Part shown: piece after piece, positions 35,990 to 45,763 of the stretch
Layout of the letters: each line of letters begins with the position of its first letter
How positions within the stretch are numbered: position 1 is the first letter of the stretch
IMG/VR virus record: IMGVR_UViG_3300046542_000227
Coordinates: 203,321-267,320 of that record
Length of the DNA stretch: 64,000 nt
Strand: one strand, 5' to 3'
Program-made: the position numbers and the translations under genes
The notes under the pieces: generated by a model
Seen by the model: only the letters and a program-made list of their open reading frames with translations
The model's database searches: none
Told to the model about the DNA's origin: nothing

Positions 35990-37405
35990 ATGGCTGGTCT
36001 TTTCCGTGAAGTTGACGATGATGAACTCCCCGCTGGTACTCCGGTTCCGTCGCCTATTCAGGTGCACATCGAACCGAAGAACTATTCGGGTATCACCATC
36101 GACACTGAGTATGTTCCATCGTCAGCGATCCTCGTTTGGGCTGGTGGCTCGACTTGGAACGTTGACTACTATAGTCAAGCATTGGGTATGTCCACGGAAC
36201 TCAAACCGTTGGACTTGCACCTCTCCCCGATCGAACAGCAATACCGCCTGTTGCGTAAAGTACCACTCAAGGTAACTGACGCACTGTCGTGGTCGTTGCA
36301 AGACACCCAGTCGAACGTGATGGTGGGGACAGGTGGTGGTTACACCTACCCGTTCATGCCAGCACAAGTGGGTGACATGTTTGTTGCCAACATCGGCGAT
36401 GGCCGTGTTGGGTTGTTCACCATTACCTCTTCGACTCCGGCCACCGTATTGCGTGACTCGGTGTACAAGGTCGAGTGGATCATGGTGGGGTTGGCTGAAC
36501 CCCTGCAGATGGAGAACTTAGCTGCTAAGGTAATCCAGACCCTGTACTTCTCGATGAACAGTCTTGAAGGTGGTTGTGGTCCTTTCGTAACCTCAGAAGA
36601 GCTCGCTCGGATTGAGTCCTACGATGAGATCCTCAAGGAAATGATCCGTCGTTACTTCACGGACTTCCTGAGCCTCGAACACTTCAGCCTGCTTGTGCCT
36701 GACCAGTGCCGTAAGACCTACGACCACTTCGTCGTGCGTACCATGCTGAAGATGATTGCGCCACAAGAAGACCCACGTATCCGTAAGGTGCGTGAGCAGA
36801 ACGTCATGGGTGACTCGGTGATGAAACAACCGACCATCTACGACGCTGTATTGCGTGGTGATCCTGTACAACTGTACGGGTCTACTGAGCGCGTACATCT
36901 TGTGACTACGCAGAACTTCCGTGGCAGTCCTTTGCTGCAAGCGATCGGCTACACTGGCATTCCGTACATTGTCTATCCGCAAGACGCACCCACCGACGTC
37001 GATTCGCAATACGACCAACGTGATGTGAACCGTCCTGTGGGTATGCCATTCCGTGAAGGCCGACCACGTCGTCCACCAGCCGGTGAGTTCCAGACACAGA
37101 CAGAGCGTGACCCCGTGTGGTTCCGTGCAATCCCTGATGACGTACTGGACGTTCCGATCTGGAAGAAACCTGCGACCATCCATCCCGTGGTAACCGATGA
37201 CTTCTACGTGTTGTCTGAAGCTTTCTATCGTGAAGGCCCAGGGCAATCGAAATTGGAGTTGCTGGTTCGCCAGTTCCTGAACCGAGAATCGCTCCACGTC
37301 GAACAGCTCAACGATCTGTTGGGTTCGGTCTACGACTGGGATAACCTCGAACGGTATTACTACCACCCGTTGGTTATTGCGATCCTGAAAACAATGCTGA
37401 GGTAA
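35990..37405 (+). CDS. Virion structural protein (phiKZ gp99-like)
   Basis: GSTWNVDYYSQ, PAQVGDMFVANIGDGR, WDNLERYYYHP. Confidence 0.65.
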   Translation: MAGLFREVDDDELPAGTPVPSPIQVHIEPKNYSGITIDTEYVPSSAILVWAGGSTWNVDYYSQALGMSTELKPLDLHLSPIEQQYRLLRKVPLKVTDALSWSLQDTQSNVMVGTGGGYTYPFMPAQVGDMFVANIGDGRVGLFTITSSTPATVLRDSVYKVEWIMVGLAEPLQMENLAAKVIQTLYFSMNSLEGGCGPFVTSEELARIESYDEILKEMIRRYFTDFLSLEHFSLLVPDQCRKTYDHFVVRTMLKMIAPQEDPRIRKVREQNVMGDSVMKQPTIYDAVLRGDPVQLYGSTERVHLVTTQNFRGSPLLQAIGYTGIPYIVYPQDAPTDVDSQYDQRDVNRPVGMPFREGRPRRPPAGEFQTQTERDPVWFRAIPDDVLDVPIWKKPATIHPVVTDDFYVLSEAFYREGPGQSKLELLVRQFLNRESLHVEQLNDLLGSVYDWDNLERYYYHPLVIAILKTMLR

Positions 37406-37408
37406 TCC

Positions 37409-37960
37409 ATGTACGCCCCGGACGTCACTGCGGCTAATCACATCTTCACCGAGCGGTACAACGTCTTGATACCGCGCAGCTTCATGTACGGCCCAGAGTA
37501 CATTCGCAAGGCAGGCTACGGCACCACAGGTGATGCTACTGTGGACCGGATGCAGGCTTCCAGCTTGGAGCGAATGAACCAGACGATCGCGGGGCTAAGT
37601 GTGCTTTACTGTCAAGGGGCTGAGCCGCTGTTGGCTAACCCTCCCGATTGCATCCCGATCTACAAGGCTATCGTTAAACACCTTAACGATTGGAAGGACT
37701 TCTCTCACCAAGGACTGAACCCTGAGTACTGTCCTCCGATGGAAGACTTCCGTGCCTTGGAAGCCTTGGCTGTCTATTTCCACTTCACGGTACAAGAGCT
37801 GGAACCTATCCCTCAGTCTAATAGCAAACTGGTGGACAGCATCCTCAGCATGAACCGTGGGGCTCGGATGACTCAACGTACGCAACAAGCGGAAGAGCCA
37901 TCCATTCCAGCCTTCGTCTCGATAGCTGACACCATCGAAGAAAACATCTACGGAGGCTAG
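37409..37960 (+). CDS. Conserved protein (gp100-like)
   Basis: IY..I..HL.DW...PPMEDF..LE.LA; GAGGT RBS. Confidence 0.65.
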   Translation: MYAPDVTAANHIFTERYNVLIPRSFMYGPEYIRKAGYGTTGDATVDRMQASSLERMNQTIAGLSVLYCQGAEPLLANPPDCIPIYKAIVKHLNDWKDFSHQGLNPEYCPPMEDFRALEALAVYFHFTVQELEPIPQSNSKLVDSILSMNRGARMTQRTQQAEEPSIPAFVSIADTIEENIYGG

Positions 37961-37962
37961 CC

Positions 37963-39321
37963 GTGTCTACCGACAATACGTTAATCAATACCGAGATGAA
38001 CGAGGTGCGTACCAGCGGTAAAGGTGCACACTACTTTATCAAGGTTCAGCTGTTGGTGAATAAGAAGTGGATCACTCCACTGAAGATGGACCTGTACTCA
38101 GTAGACCGTGATTATGAAGGTGGCTATGCGGACATCCGTGTACTGTCGTTCATGATGCTGCTGGGTGCTTACACCTTTGACCTGTTGCCGTTTCGTAATG
38201 ACATTCAGGTAGACGTCACGTACGTCCCTGTGGGTGAATCAGGTGGTGGGCAGTCTACTGGCCAGCGTGCGTTCACACGACGCTTCAGAGGGCTGCTGAT
38301 GGACCCTACGGACCCTGCGCTGTCGACTAACGTCAGCAGTCAAGGTACCCGCGATGCCATGGACAACCAAATGCCTCAACAGGTGGAGATCCAGTTAGTA
38401 GAAGAAAGTGTCTACGATCTGCAGATGCGTTCGGTAGGTGGTAAGTACCGCAACATGACGCCGTACGAGGTGTTGATGACAGTGCTCACCGCTACCCAAG
38501 GTTATATGGATGGCAAGGATGAGAAACGCATCCTTGGGGTGAATCCAGTCGGTACACCGAATGCCACTAAGCGAACGCAGATTGTGCTGCCACACGGCAC
38601 AAAAATCGGCAAGGTGCCGAACATTCTGCAGAACGATGAAGGCGGTGTGTTTGGAGCAGGACTGGGTTGCTATTTGCAGGATCAGTACTGGTATGTGTTC
38701 CCGCTGTATGACACGGCCCATGCGTCCAAGCAAAAGAAAACCGTTACCATCTATGCTGTACCATCTGACCGTTACGATGGCTCTGAGAAAACATATCGGG
38801 AAACCGATAACCGTTTGATCATCCTCGCTTCGGGTGATGTGCAATCGCTGAACATCTCCGACAATGCCCAAGTGCAATCCGGTAACGGCCTGCGCTTCTT
38901 GGATGCGACTAAGCTGCTTAATGGCTTCGCTACCAATAACGGCAATCGGATGCTGATCGATAAGGCTACCAACTTGTTTGAGTTTGCAGCCAAAAACATC
39001 ACAGAAGGTATTAACAATATACAGTGGTCCGCAAAACCGATTTCCAGTAACCCGTTTGTTCACTATAGTGCGATGGCTCGTCTCAACGGACGGATCGTTA
39101 CAGTGCAGTGGCGACATGGTGATGGCGATCTATTGGACCCAGGCGAACTTGTCGAATTCTACGCTGTAGCTGAGGGCAAGATCGATAAGTTCAAGGGCGT
39201 GTTGTTAGGCACCCGTGAGAACCGCGTGGCGGCAGAGCCCGGTATGAATGTTACACGTCATGCTGGTATTGTCGATCTTAAGCTCTTCATCGAGAACCAA
39301 CCGGCGACTGCAGGGGGTTAG
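37963..39321 (+). CDS. Virion structural protein, baseplate hub candidate (phiKZ gp101-like)
   Basis: RDYEGGYAD, LQNDEGGVFGAGLGCY, WYVFPLYD, W..GD.DLL.PG. Confidence 0.65.
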   Translation: MSTDNTLINTEMNEVRTSGKGAHYFIKVQLLVNKKWITPLKMDLYSVDRDYEGGYADIRVLSFMMLLGAYTFDLLPFRNDIQVDVTYVPVGESGGGQSTGQRAFTRRFRGLLMDPTDPALSTNVSSQGTRDAMDNQMPQQVEIQLVEESVYDLQMRSVGGKYRNMTPYEVLMTVLTATQGYMDGKDEKRILGVNPVGTPNATKRTQIVLPHGTKIGKVPNILQNDEGGVFGAGLGCYLQDQYWYVFPLYDTAHASKQKKTVTIYAVPSDRYDGSEKTYRETDNRLIILASGDVQSLNISDNAQVQSGNGLRFLDATKLLNGFATNNGNRMLIDKATNLFEFAAKNITEGINNIQWSAKPISSNPFVHYSAMARLNGRIVTVQWRHGDGDLLDPGELVEFYAVAEGKIDKFKGVLLGTRENRVAAEPGMNVTRHAGIVDLKLFIENQPATAGG

Positions 39322-39347
39322 CCCCCTGCAGCACCTATGGACCTTTT

Positions 39348-39755
39348 ATGCCCGATCCGAAAAATATATTCATCAAGGTCGATCCAGAGTGGTCCTACAA
39401 CTACATTGGGTCGATCAAAGAATTCGTTCAGCTTGACCCCGGCGTATTGGCTGAGTATTACAACTTAGCCTGCGCCTACCTCACCCTACGCCACAACTTT
39501 GTCACTGGCCACATAGACAACGTTGGTTACTCCAATCAGATCTACAGCCTGTTCAAGCCGTTTGAGAACAGCTCTATCCTCCACGGTGTAATATCCTACT
39601 GCACAGAGAACCTATATAGGCGTGTCCGTCCAGTGCTGGATATGTACCGGCGTATGCTCGCTCGTGTTAGTTTCTTTAATGACGACAAAGGTGAAGTGCA
39701 GGGTTTGGTGTTCCAATACGTGGAACATTACCCCATGACCACGCTCCAGTTTTGA
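39348..39755 (+). CDS. Hypothetical protein (135 aa)
   Basis: Co-oriented ORF filling the gap. Confidence 0.6.
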   Translation: MPDPKNIFIKVDPEWSYNYIGSIKEFVQLDPGVLAEYYNLACAYLTLRHNFVTGHIDNVGYSNQIYSLFKPFENSSILHGVISYCTENLYRRVRPVLDMYRRMLARVSFFNDDKGEVQGLVFQYVEHYPMTTLQF

Positions 39756-39766
39756 ATGCACTATCC

Positions 39767-39790
39767 TTGAGAACTATATCACTCCGGTGA
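39767..39790 (+). promoter_or_regulatory. Candidate early (vRNAP) promoter
   Basis: TTGAGAACTATATCACTCCGGTGA; resembles the phiKZ TATATTAC-type core. Confidence 0.7.
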
Positions 39791-39813
39791 ATTGTAACCA
39801 AGAGGTACGCAAC

Positions 39814-40191
39814 ATGGTTCGTATAGGTGCTATGGGTATCTTCCTTTTACTGTGCCTAGGCTTTCTCTTAGCTGGCGGTTGGACAGTAATCGAAGGAGTA
39901 AAGCGGTACGCTACTAAGGGATCGCGCAAAGCAGCCCGTAACGAGAACTTGGGTCAGATCATGGTTCAGCTCAAACAAGAAGGTTTCTTTGAGCCTTCAA
40001 CTGAGCCAGTGATGATCCGCAATCGGGCAATCTCTGAAGCACTCTCAGAATCCTCTAAACAGGAAGGCTTCTTCTGGGGTATCAGTAAACGCAATATCTT
40101 CATTAAGGATAACCCTTACGAAGATCGCTTTGACACGATCCTGGTGTATGGCAATAAGAGCATTGGCTTTAACTGGCGCGGGCAGCTGTAA
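39814..40191 (+). CDS. Membrane-anchored hypothetical protein
   Basis: GAGGT RBS; N-terminal hydrophobic helix. Confidence 0.7.
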   Translation: MVRIGAMGIFLLLCLGFLLAGGWTVIEGVKRYATKGSRKAARNENLGQIMVQLKQEGFFEPSTEPVMIRNRAISEALSESSKQEGFFWGISKRNIFIKDNPYEDRFDTILVYGNKSIGFNWRGQL

Positions 40192-40229
40192 AGCTGCCTT
40201 TATGCCCTGAAAACTTGATTGCAAAAAAT

Positions 40230-40253
40230 CTGAGATATATATTCTAAAGGTGA
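40230..40253 (+). promoter_or_regulatory. Candidate early (vRNAP) promoter
   Basis: CTGAGATATATATTCTAAAGGTGA preceded by an A-tract. Confidence 0.7.
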
Positions 40254-40303
40254 ATTAGGAGCATTAAGCGACTAATCACATTCCCCTGTTCAGGAGTAAT
40301 ACC

Positions 40304-40519
40304 ATGTCCGTTATCAAATCCGCTGTTGCTAAAATCAAGCCTTTCGCTAAAGTGGCTGGCTACGCTGTTGGTGGTGTTGTAGTTGGCGGTGGTGCATACC
40401 TCGCCTACCAGGCTCTCAAAGCTGGTGGTGCAAGTGTCGCTGCTGAAGCGGTGGGTTCGGTTGCCGATGCGGCGGCCGATGCTGTAACTGATGCTGTTGC
40501 AGCCGCGTTCCGCGGTTAA
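40304..40519 (+). CDS. Small Ala/Gly/Val-rich membrane protein (71 aa)
   Basis: CAGGAG RBS; GxxxG-rich hydrophobic segment; has its own promoter and terminator. Confidence 0.8.
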   Translation: MSVIKSAVAKIKPFAKVAGYAVGGVVVGGGAYLAYQALKAGGASVAAEAVGSVADAAADAVTDAVAAAFRG

Positions 40520-40526
40520 GGAATAA

Positions 40527-40566
40527 AGCATGGGGGCTTCGGCCCCCGTGTCTCTTTATCTTTTTG
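40527..40566 (+). terminator. Intrinsic terminator
   Basis: CATGGGGGC-TTCG-GCCCCCGTG plus T-rich tail. Confidence 0.75.
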
Positions 40567-40580
40567 TTACTGGAGTTAAC

Positions 40581-40934
40581 ATGGAACAACAAAACCCTGA
40601 CGCGGTCATCTCTCGATTGGCTGAGCGTTACCAAGAATATCGCGACACCCACACCAGCCTCAAGCCAGGTAAGATCCTGACTGTGGTTAGGGATCACGGT
40701 AATCCACATGCGATCCCGTACGTACCTAACCCGGTCACTAGCCTTGCGGTGGTTGTGGAAGTACAGTCGGTATTCGTTAAGGTAGTGGAACGTCAGCGTG
40801 GCCTTACTGCTGAACCCCTGCGTCTCGAACAACGGGTAATGGTGATCGTGGACGGGCGACCTGACCAATCACTGTTGTCTGAATACGATTCCTGGTCGCT
40901 GTACATGCCTGATGAAATTACTTTCAGCTTGTGA
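40581..40934 (+). CDS. Hypothetical protein
   Basis: GGAG RBS before ATG at 40581. Confidence 0.7.
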   Translation: MEQQNPDAVISRLAERYQEYRDTHTSLKPGKILTVVRDHGNPHAIPYVPNPVTSLAVVVEVQSVFVKVVERQRGLTAEPLRLEQRVMVIVDGRPDQSLLSEYDSWSLYMPDEITFSL

Positions 40935-41376
40935 CCTGTTCCAAGTCCCTGGTGATTGCCACGTTATCACAGTCAACTGTGTTGGCGCTATGGGTCGTGG
41001 CGTAGCGGAAGTCTTCCGGGATCGCTACATGAAGCAGTATTGGGAATACAAGAACCGCTGTAGGAAGAAACAAGTGTGGCTAGGTGTTCCTTACCTAGTC
41101 ACTACTGATGATGGCCGTCATTGGCTGTTCTTCCCTACTAAGGATCATTGGCGCGGTAACTCCCAATACCACTGGATCCATGAGGGACTGCAATACCTCG
41201 TTGACAACATCGGCGAGCCTGATTACATTCAACACGACTGGCATCTAGTATTCCCACCTTTGGGTTGCGGCAATGGCCACCTAGACTTCCAGCACATCGC
41301 TCGGCTAATGGACATGTTTGATGGACATGTACCGAACGATATTACTCTTATCGCACCTCAGGACTACGAAATATGA
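40912..41376 (+). CDS. Macrodomain ADP-ribose hydrolase (DarG/Poa1-like)
   Basis: [34 protein letters not shown]. Confidence 0.85.
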   Translation: MKLLSACDLFQVPGDCHVITVNCVGAMGRGVAEVFRDRYMKQYWEYKNRCRKKQVWLGVPYLVTTDDGRHWLFFPTKDHWRGNSQYHWIHEGLQYLVDNIGEPDYIQHDWHLVFPPLGCGNGHLDFQHIARLMDMFDGHVPNDITLIAPQDYEI

Positions 41377-41810
41377 AACCTCTTCGCCAAGCAGTATACT
41401 CCAGCCGTACCGCAGACAAGTTTGTTGTTCGTCTGCCAGACGGAATGCGTGAGACTATCGCGCAACGTGCCCGAGTGCACCATCGGTCGATGAACTCTGA
41501 GATCATTGCCGTGCTGGAAAAGGATCTGGCGATTCCGGTTGATGAAACCGCGGTCCAGATGGAGCAGCACACCAACCCTACGGTAACTACCCCGGTGTCC
41601 ATGGGTATGCTGGCGTACTACCGTTTGGAAGATACTGGCGATAAGTACTCGCTGGCTGTGATTACCGGTATCTCGGTAAACGTGGACGACGACGTATGGG
41701 TCACCTTCGACAAGCCACCAACACCAGCGCCTGCTGGTTACTCAGGCCCTGCTGGTCCTGATGGTCGTCGTTGGATCCCTATCGCCAACATCAAACCTTT
41801 CTTGATCTAA
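41373..41810 (+). CDS. amrZ: AmrZ/AlgZ-like Arc-family ribbon-helix-helix DNA-binding protein with an unrelated C-terminal domain
   Basis: [30 protein letters not shown]...[11 protein letters not shown] closely matches Pseudomonas AmrZ as recalled. Confidence 0.85.
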   Translation: MKPLRQAVYSSRTADKFVVRLPDGMRETIAQRARVHHRSMNSEIIAVLEKDLAIPVDETAVQMEQHTNPTVTTPVSMGMLAYYRLEDTGDKYSLAVITGISVNVDDDVWVTFDKPPTPAPAGYSGPAGPDGRRWIPIANIKPFLI

Positions 41811-41825
41811 CCCCCGGGGTGCTGC

Positions 41826-42149
41826 ATGTCGCTTGATAGCTTATTAGCTTTGTTTCAAGCGGTACAACTCGAAGCCCAAGCACACTTGGCTTTGATCTAC
41901 TGTGCCAGCACCCTGACCACTTTCTCTCTGGCCTTTGTAAAGGCCTTCCAGTCACGCAACATCGTACTGGGTCACTACAAGGCAGCGTTCATTACTTCGT
42001 GGGGTGTATCTACCCTAGAGGTCGTGGGCGTGAGCCTCGTAGTAATAGGTGGTTGGTGGATTATACTCTCCTCTGGCATCGGTGGTTCTATTGGAACCCT
42101 CGTGGCCATGCATACTCACGAACGTTTCTTCAGGAAGATAAAACCATGA
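41826..42149 (+). CDS. Small multi-pass membrane protein
   Basis: About three hydrophobic helices; KAFQSRNIV.GHY..AF.TS. Confidence 0.7.
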   Translation: MSLDSLLALFQAVQLEAQAHLALIYCASTLTTFSLAFVKAFQSRNIVLGHYKAAFITSWGVSTLEVVGVSLVVIGGWWIILSSGIGGSIGTLVAMHTHERFFRKIKP

Positions 42150-42814
42150 CTACGAACATTCTCTTTGCTGGCAGCTACAGTAGCGTCCGTCAACGAATCC
42201 AGCAAACGGATATCGTTACGGTGCAACCCAGCGCTATGTTGTCTATTCCAGCCAACGCTAATCCGTTTCACCACGATAGCTTCAGCATGGGTTCTGATCT
42301 GCCTCGTGGTTGGATGGTCATGCATGCGGGTTTTGATGACACCAATGGCTTTGAAGACATGTACTTGGTTAACACCAAGACCGGTCAACGAATCCAACTC
42401 GACTTCGAACCCGAAACACCACAGTGGGAAGAGGCGGTCTACATCGACGAGACACCTGAACTCGATCTCTTGCAGCGCTACTGCTGGGTGCGTCAAGGCG
42501 GTCAAGTGTTCTGGTACAACTACCAGCAGTTCCTGTTGGCTACCCTCGGCGACTCGCAACAGATGTTGGTGAAACCCACACCACTCTACATGGTCGTGGA
42601 CAAGTGGATGGTGTTGATGGATGTCCTCGCTGATCACCATCGGTTTGCGCGCTTCTGTGCATCGCATGAACCGGATCTCCAATGGTCAGCTGATACACTT
42701 AGCCAAGCCATGCGTTTGGTGGAAGCTGAAAAGCTGTTGGCTGCTGAGGGCCACCCAACCACTACTTTACCAATCCACAAGTTGGTTGATATCCGCGATC
42801 GTAGCGATTCTTGA
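42146..42814 (+). CDS. Hypothetical protein
   Basis: ATGA-coupled start at 42146. Confidence 0.7.
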   Translation: MTTNILFAGSYSSVRQRIQQTDIVTVQPSAMLSIPANANPFHHDSFSMGSDLPRGWMVMHAGFDDTNGFEDMYLVNTKTGQRIQLDFEPETPQWEEAVYIDETPELDLLQRYCWVRQGGQVFWYNYQQFLLATLGDSQQMLVKPTPLYMVVDKWMVLMDVLADHHRFARFCASHEPDLQWSADTLSQAMRLVEAEKLLAAEGHPTTTLPIHKLVDIRDRSDS

Positions 42815-42825
42815 TTGAAATGAAA

Positions 42826-42849
42826 CTGAGAACTATATTGTACTCTTGA
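42826..42849 (+). promoter_or_regulatory. Candidate early (vRNAP) promoter
   Basis: CTGAGAACTATATTGTACTCTTGA. Confidence 0.6.
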
Positions 42850-42896
42850 GTTATGGGGCTTCCATGCCTCTAATATTAGACCCATAGGGGATAACC

Positions 42897-43208
42897 ATGC
42901 GAGCCGCACATCACAGCTCTATGTTCTACCGAATGATCCGCACCTTCAATGGTGAGAGTGCCTTCCTGCATCGGCAAATGTACATCATCCTGGAAGAAGT
43001 AAAGACCAGTGGTTACCTCGTTAACCTGTGTGCCAACATCGAGTTCACCAAAGCGTGTATGGCATACCAGCAATCGATTGACAAGTTGACACAACGTCAG
43101 ATCAGTCCAGAGCTGGCCACTGAGATCCGCACTAACGCCACGGCGGTTGTTACACACATCCGCAACCACTTAACCGAACACGATGTTGATTATCGTAAAC
43201 TGATTTGA
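42897..43208 (+). CDS. Hypothetical protein
   Basis: AGGGGA RBS. Confidence 0.7.
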   Translation: MRAAHHSSMFYRMIRTFNGESAFLHRQMYIILEEVKTSGYLVNLCANIEFTKACMAYQQSIDKLTQRQISPELATEIRTNATAVVTHIRNHLTEHDVDYRKLI

Positions 43209-43219
43209 TCGAGGCTGTA

Positions 43220-43444
43220 ATGAGTGACTTCTTTGAGATGCGTGCCATGCTAGACCGTAAGAACGCTGAGAAGCGTGAGAAGAAGCTTTGTGGTCGTGTC
43301 TACCAAGCAATCGTCGTAATGCTCCTGTGCGGCGCTGTAGGGCTTCACAGCGGTATTCGTGACCTCGAACAACCAGTCGGTTATGTAACTGAAGCTTTTT
43401 CTCAGCAAAAACAACTAGTTGTAACCTTTACACCCAACCCTTAA
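43220..43444 (+). CDS. Small membrane-anchored hypothetical protein
   Basis: GAGG RBS; central hydrophobic stretch. Confidence 0.6.
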   Translation: MSDFFEMRAMLDRKNAEKREKKLCGRVYQAIVVMLLCGAVGLHSGIRDLEQPVGYVTEAFSQQKQLVVTFTPNP

Positions 43445-43459
43445 GCAAGAGGATTTACC

Positions 43460-43798
43460 ATGCAAGTTAAAATCGGTGGCTTCGCAGCATTCTGTATCGC
43501 CTGTGTTGTAGTGGGTGGTATCGAACGTATTACCAGTTCGATCTGTGTTTCCCGCATCGGTCGTGGGCGTAAGTTGCCTAAGCAATCGCTGTTCTGGAAA
43601 GAGTTGGCACACCAGGTCGAAGCGCTGCGTACGGAAACCCCGGACATCAGCATCGACGATCTGCGCACCAAGCTGAAAGAAAAGCTGTCGCCGCTGTATG
43701 AAAGCGCTCTGATGGAATGCGAAACACCAGAAGAGATCGAACGCTTCACCATGCAGTGGAACATGAAGCTGGAAGCACTCGGCGAACCGGCCAAGTAA
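43460..43798 (+). CDS. Hypothetical protein with N-terminal hydrophobic helix
   Basis: GAGGA RBS; followed by a terminator. Confidence 0.75.
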   Translation: MQVKIGGFAAFCIACVVVGGIERITSSICVSRIGRGRKLPKQSLFWKELAHQVEALRTETPDISIDDLRTKLKEKLSPLYESALMECETPEEIERFTMQWNMKLEALGEPAK

Positions 43799-43811
43799 TC
43801 CACTTCGATAT

Positions 43812-43840
43812 ACCCCTGCCTTCGGGCAGGGTTTTATTCC
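43812..43840 (+). terminator. Intrinsic terminator
   Basis: ACCCCTGCC-TTCG-GGCAGGGTTTTATT. Confidence 0.75.
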
Positions 43841-43874
43841 TTGCACCCCTTTCTTTTATATCTAACTAAACCCG

Positions 43875-44285
43875 ATGAGGCTTAACATGATGCGTAACCA
43901 CCCTACACTCCCGCTGTCCTCTGGCGATACCCTGATTGCTAAAGCTGAGATGGCATGCAGCTTTGCAGCACTCGGTGAAGGTAACTGGTCTGAATGGCGT
44001 TTCGGTGACCACGTTGGTCTGTGCTATGCAACCGACACCTACTGCGTATTCTTCAACGCTAACGGTCAAGCGTTCACTGGTAGCTTCAGTGTGTTTGCCG
44101 ACAGCAAATGGAAAGCTAAGTTCATGGACTTGGCCACCCGGATGCACTACAGGCAACTGGACCTCATGCCCCTGTTCGAATGCATGAACCAGTTGACGAT
44201 TATCGAGGGTAGCTGTAAACTCGATGACGCTGTACTGGATACCTTCCGTAACGAACTCATTGATCACATCAAAGGAATGCAATAA
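43875..44285 (+). CDS. Hypothetical protein
   Basis: ORF in operon context; true start may be slightly downstream. Confidence 0.65.
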   Translation: MRLNMMRNHPTLPLSSGDTLIAKAEMACSFAALGEGNWSEWRFGDHVGLCYATDTYCVFFNANGQAFTGSFSVFADSKWKAKFMDLATRMHYRQLDLMPLFECMNQLTIIEGSCKLDDAVLDTFRNELIDHIKGMQ

Positions 44286-44615
44286 ATGAACTGGTACGCA
44301 ATCATGCTGTTTATGTTGTTCTCGCCAATCGGCTGGATCATCTGCGGTGTGCTGTTGGCAATCTTTATCTTCGCCAACCTGAAGTTCAACATGGCTGTCA
44401 ATGTCTCACGCCGGATCCTGCAGCCTATCGATCCCGATGATCCACATCCAGCAGACACCATGGCCTTCATGCGCAAACATCTGGAAGACAGTGGTATCAA
44501 CCGGAACAAGCGGTTCTGGTTTACCATCCTCGCTACATCGGGCATTGCCCTGATCGTGGTGCTGGGTTTCCCAATGCTCTGCACATTCACTAGCTTCACC
44601 ACCTACTGCCCTTAA
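44286..44615 (+). CDS. Two-TM membrane protein
   Basis: Two hydrophobic segments; AAGGA RBS. Confidence 0.7.
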   Translation: MNWYAIMLFMLFSPIGWIICGVLLAIFIFANLKFNMAVNVSRRILQPIDPDDPHPADTMAFMRKHLEDSGINRNKRFWFTILATSGIALIVVLGFPMLCTFTSFTTYCP

Positions 44616-44666
44616 CGACATAAAGCCCCCTCCCACTCGGGAGGGGCCTATGCCGCTTTTTTCTTT
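44616..44666. terminator. Bidirectional CATA-hairpin-TATG element
   Basis: CGACATAAAGCCCCCTCCC-ACTC-GGGAGGGGCCTATGCCGCTTTTTTCTTT. Confidence 0.85.
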
Positions 44667-45725
44667 TTACTTCTGCAGGACTTGTTCCAGGTAAACAATC
44701 AACGCCTCACCCAGACCACTCATGCGTTCCACGAGGTTGGTCAGGAAGTAGCTGTTGTTGGCCTCGAAGATCTCCATCGCCCAGTTGGAGTTCGACAACT
44801 CAGTGTCGACCTGGTCGTAGTCGTAGTAACCACGAATCGGTGGATCAGTGAAGTCGAAACCATAGGCGTAGTCATCGCTGTAGATCTCGATGGCCGCAAA
44901 CGTCTCACACAGAGCCCGCAGCTCTTTAACGATTGCGGTCAGCTCTGCCTTCGATGGGAACGGCAGGGTAACTTCAGTGCTACTGTCGATCTGGGCAGGG
45001 AGATAGCTGAACTCCCCTTTACCGGTCGATGCGCTCTTGTCGAGGAATGGTTGCTTACCCCAACCCATGAACACATGAGACACTTCAGTCCACTTACCAG
45101 CCAGCCCGTCAGTTTGCTTGGCATTGATCGACTTGATCAGCGCAGCGAACTCGTCAGGCTTGTCATCATTACCCATGAACGGTTTGAATGCATTGTCAAT
45201 ACTAGCCATGAACCTGGCTTGATTGTCGAGTTCAGGCTTGGCCTTACTGAAGACACCTTTATAGTTAACGGTGTCAGCTTTGATCTGAGCAGCCAAAGCA
45301 CCTTGGCCTTTGAAGAATGGGGCGTAACGCTTAGCGATCGTTACAGAGCCTTCACGGTCCTCGTAGGCGGCCAGCAGTCCTTCGACCTCGGAGTCCAGCC
45401 AGTTAAGGCGCTGCCAGAATGGTACGTCTTCTTTCTTGGACACGGCTTCCTTGGTTTTACCCGTGAGGAAGTTCTTGATCGCCGACAGCAAACCTTCCAT
45501 CGAGACGACACGCTTGTTCAGGTCTTCGCCTTGTTGGTAGTCTTCTACCGACACCATCGAAGAGAACCCGCCGAGGATATTGTCAGCGACAGCATTGAAG
45601 CGTACGATCTCAGCGTACTGCTCCAGACCCAGACCACGACGACGCAGGCGATAACCTACGGTCAGGTGTTTTTGAAGACGACTCAGCTGGTCTTTAGCCA
45701 GAGCCACTTCTGCAGATTGTTTCAT
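44667..45725 (-). CDS. Putative head (ejection) protein with cleavable propeptide
   Basis: AGGAG RBS; LGLE, VSVE, VSME sites, then GLLSAIKNFL. Confidence 0.65.
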   Translation of the reverse strand: MKQSAEVALAKDQLSRLQKHLTVGYRLRRRGLGLEQYAEIVRFNAVADNILGGFSSMVSVEDYQQGEDLNKRVVSMEGLLSAIKNFLTGKTKEAVSKKEDVPFWQRLNWLDSEVEGLLAAYEDREGSVTIAKRYAPFFKGQGALAAQIKADTVNYKGVFSKAKPELDNQARFMASIDNAFKPFMGNDDKPDEFAALIKSINAKQTDGLAGKWTEVSHVFMGWGKQPFLDKSASTGKGEFSYLPAQIDSSTEVTLPFPSKAELTAIVKELRALCETFAAIEIYSDDYAYGFDFTDPPIRGYYDYDQVDTELSNSNWAMEIFEANNSYFLTNLVERMSGLGEALIVYLEQVLQK

Positions 45726-45763
45726 AGCCACTCCTAGTGTATACCGATTTACATACGATTGAT

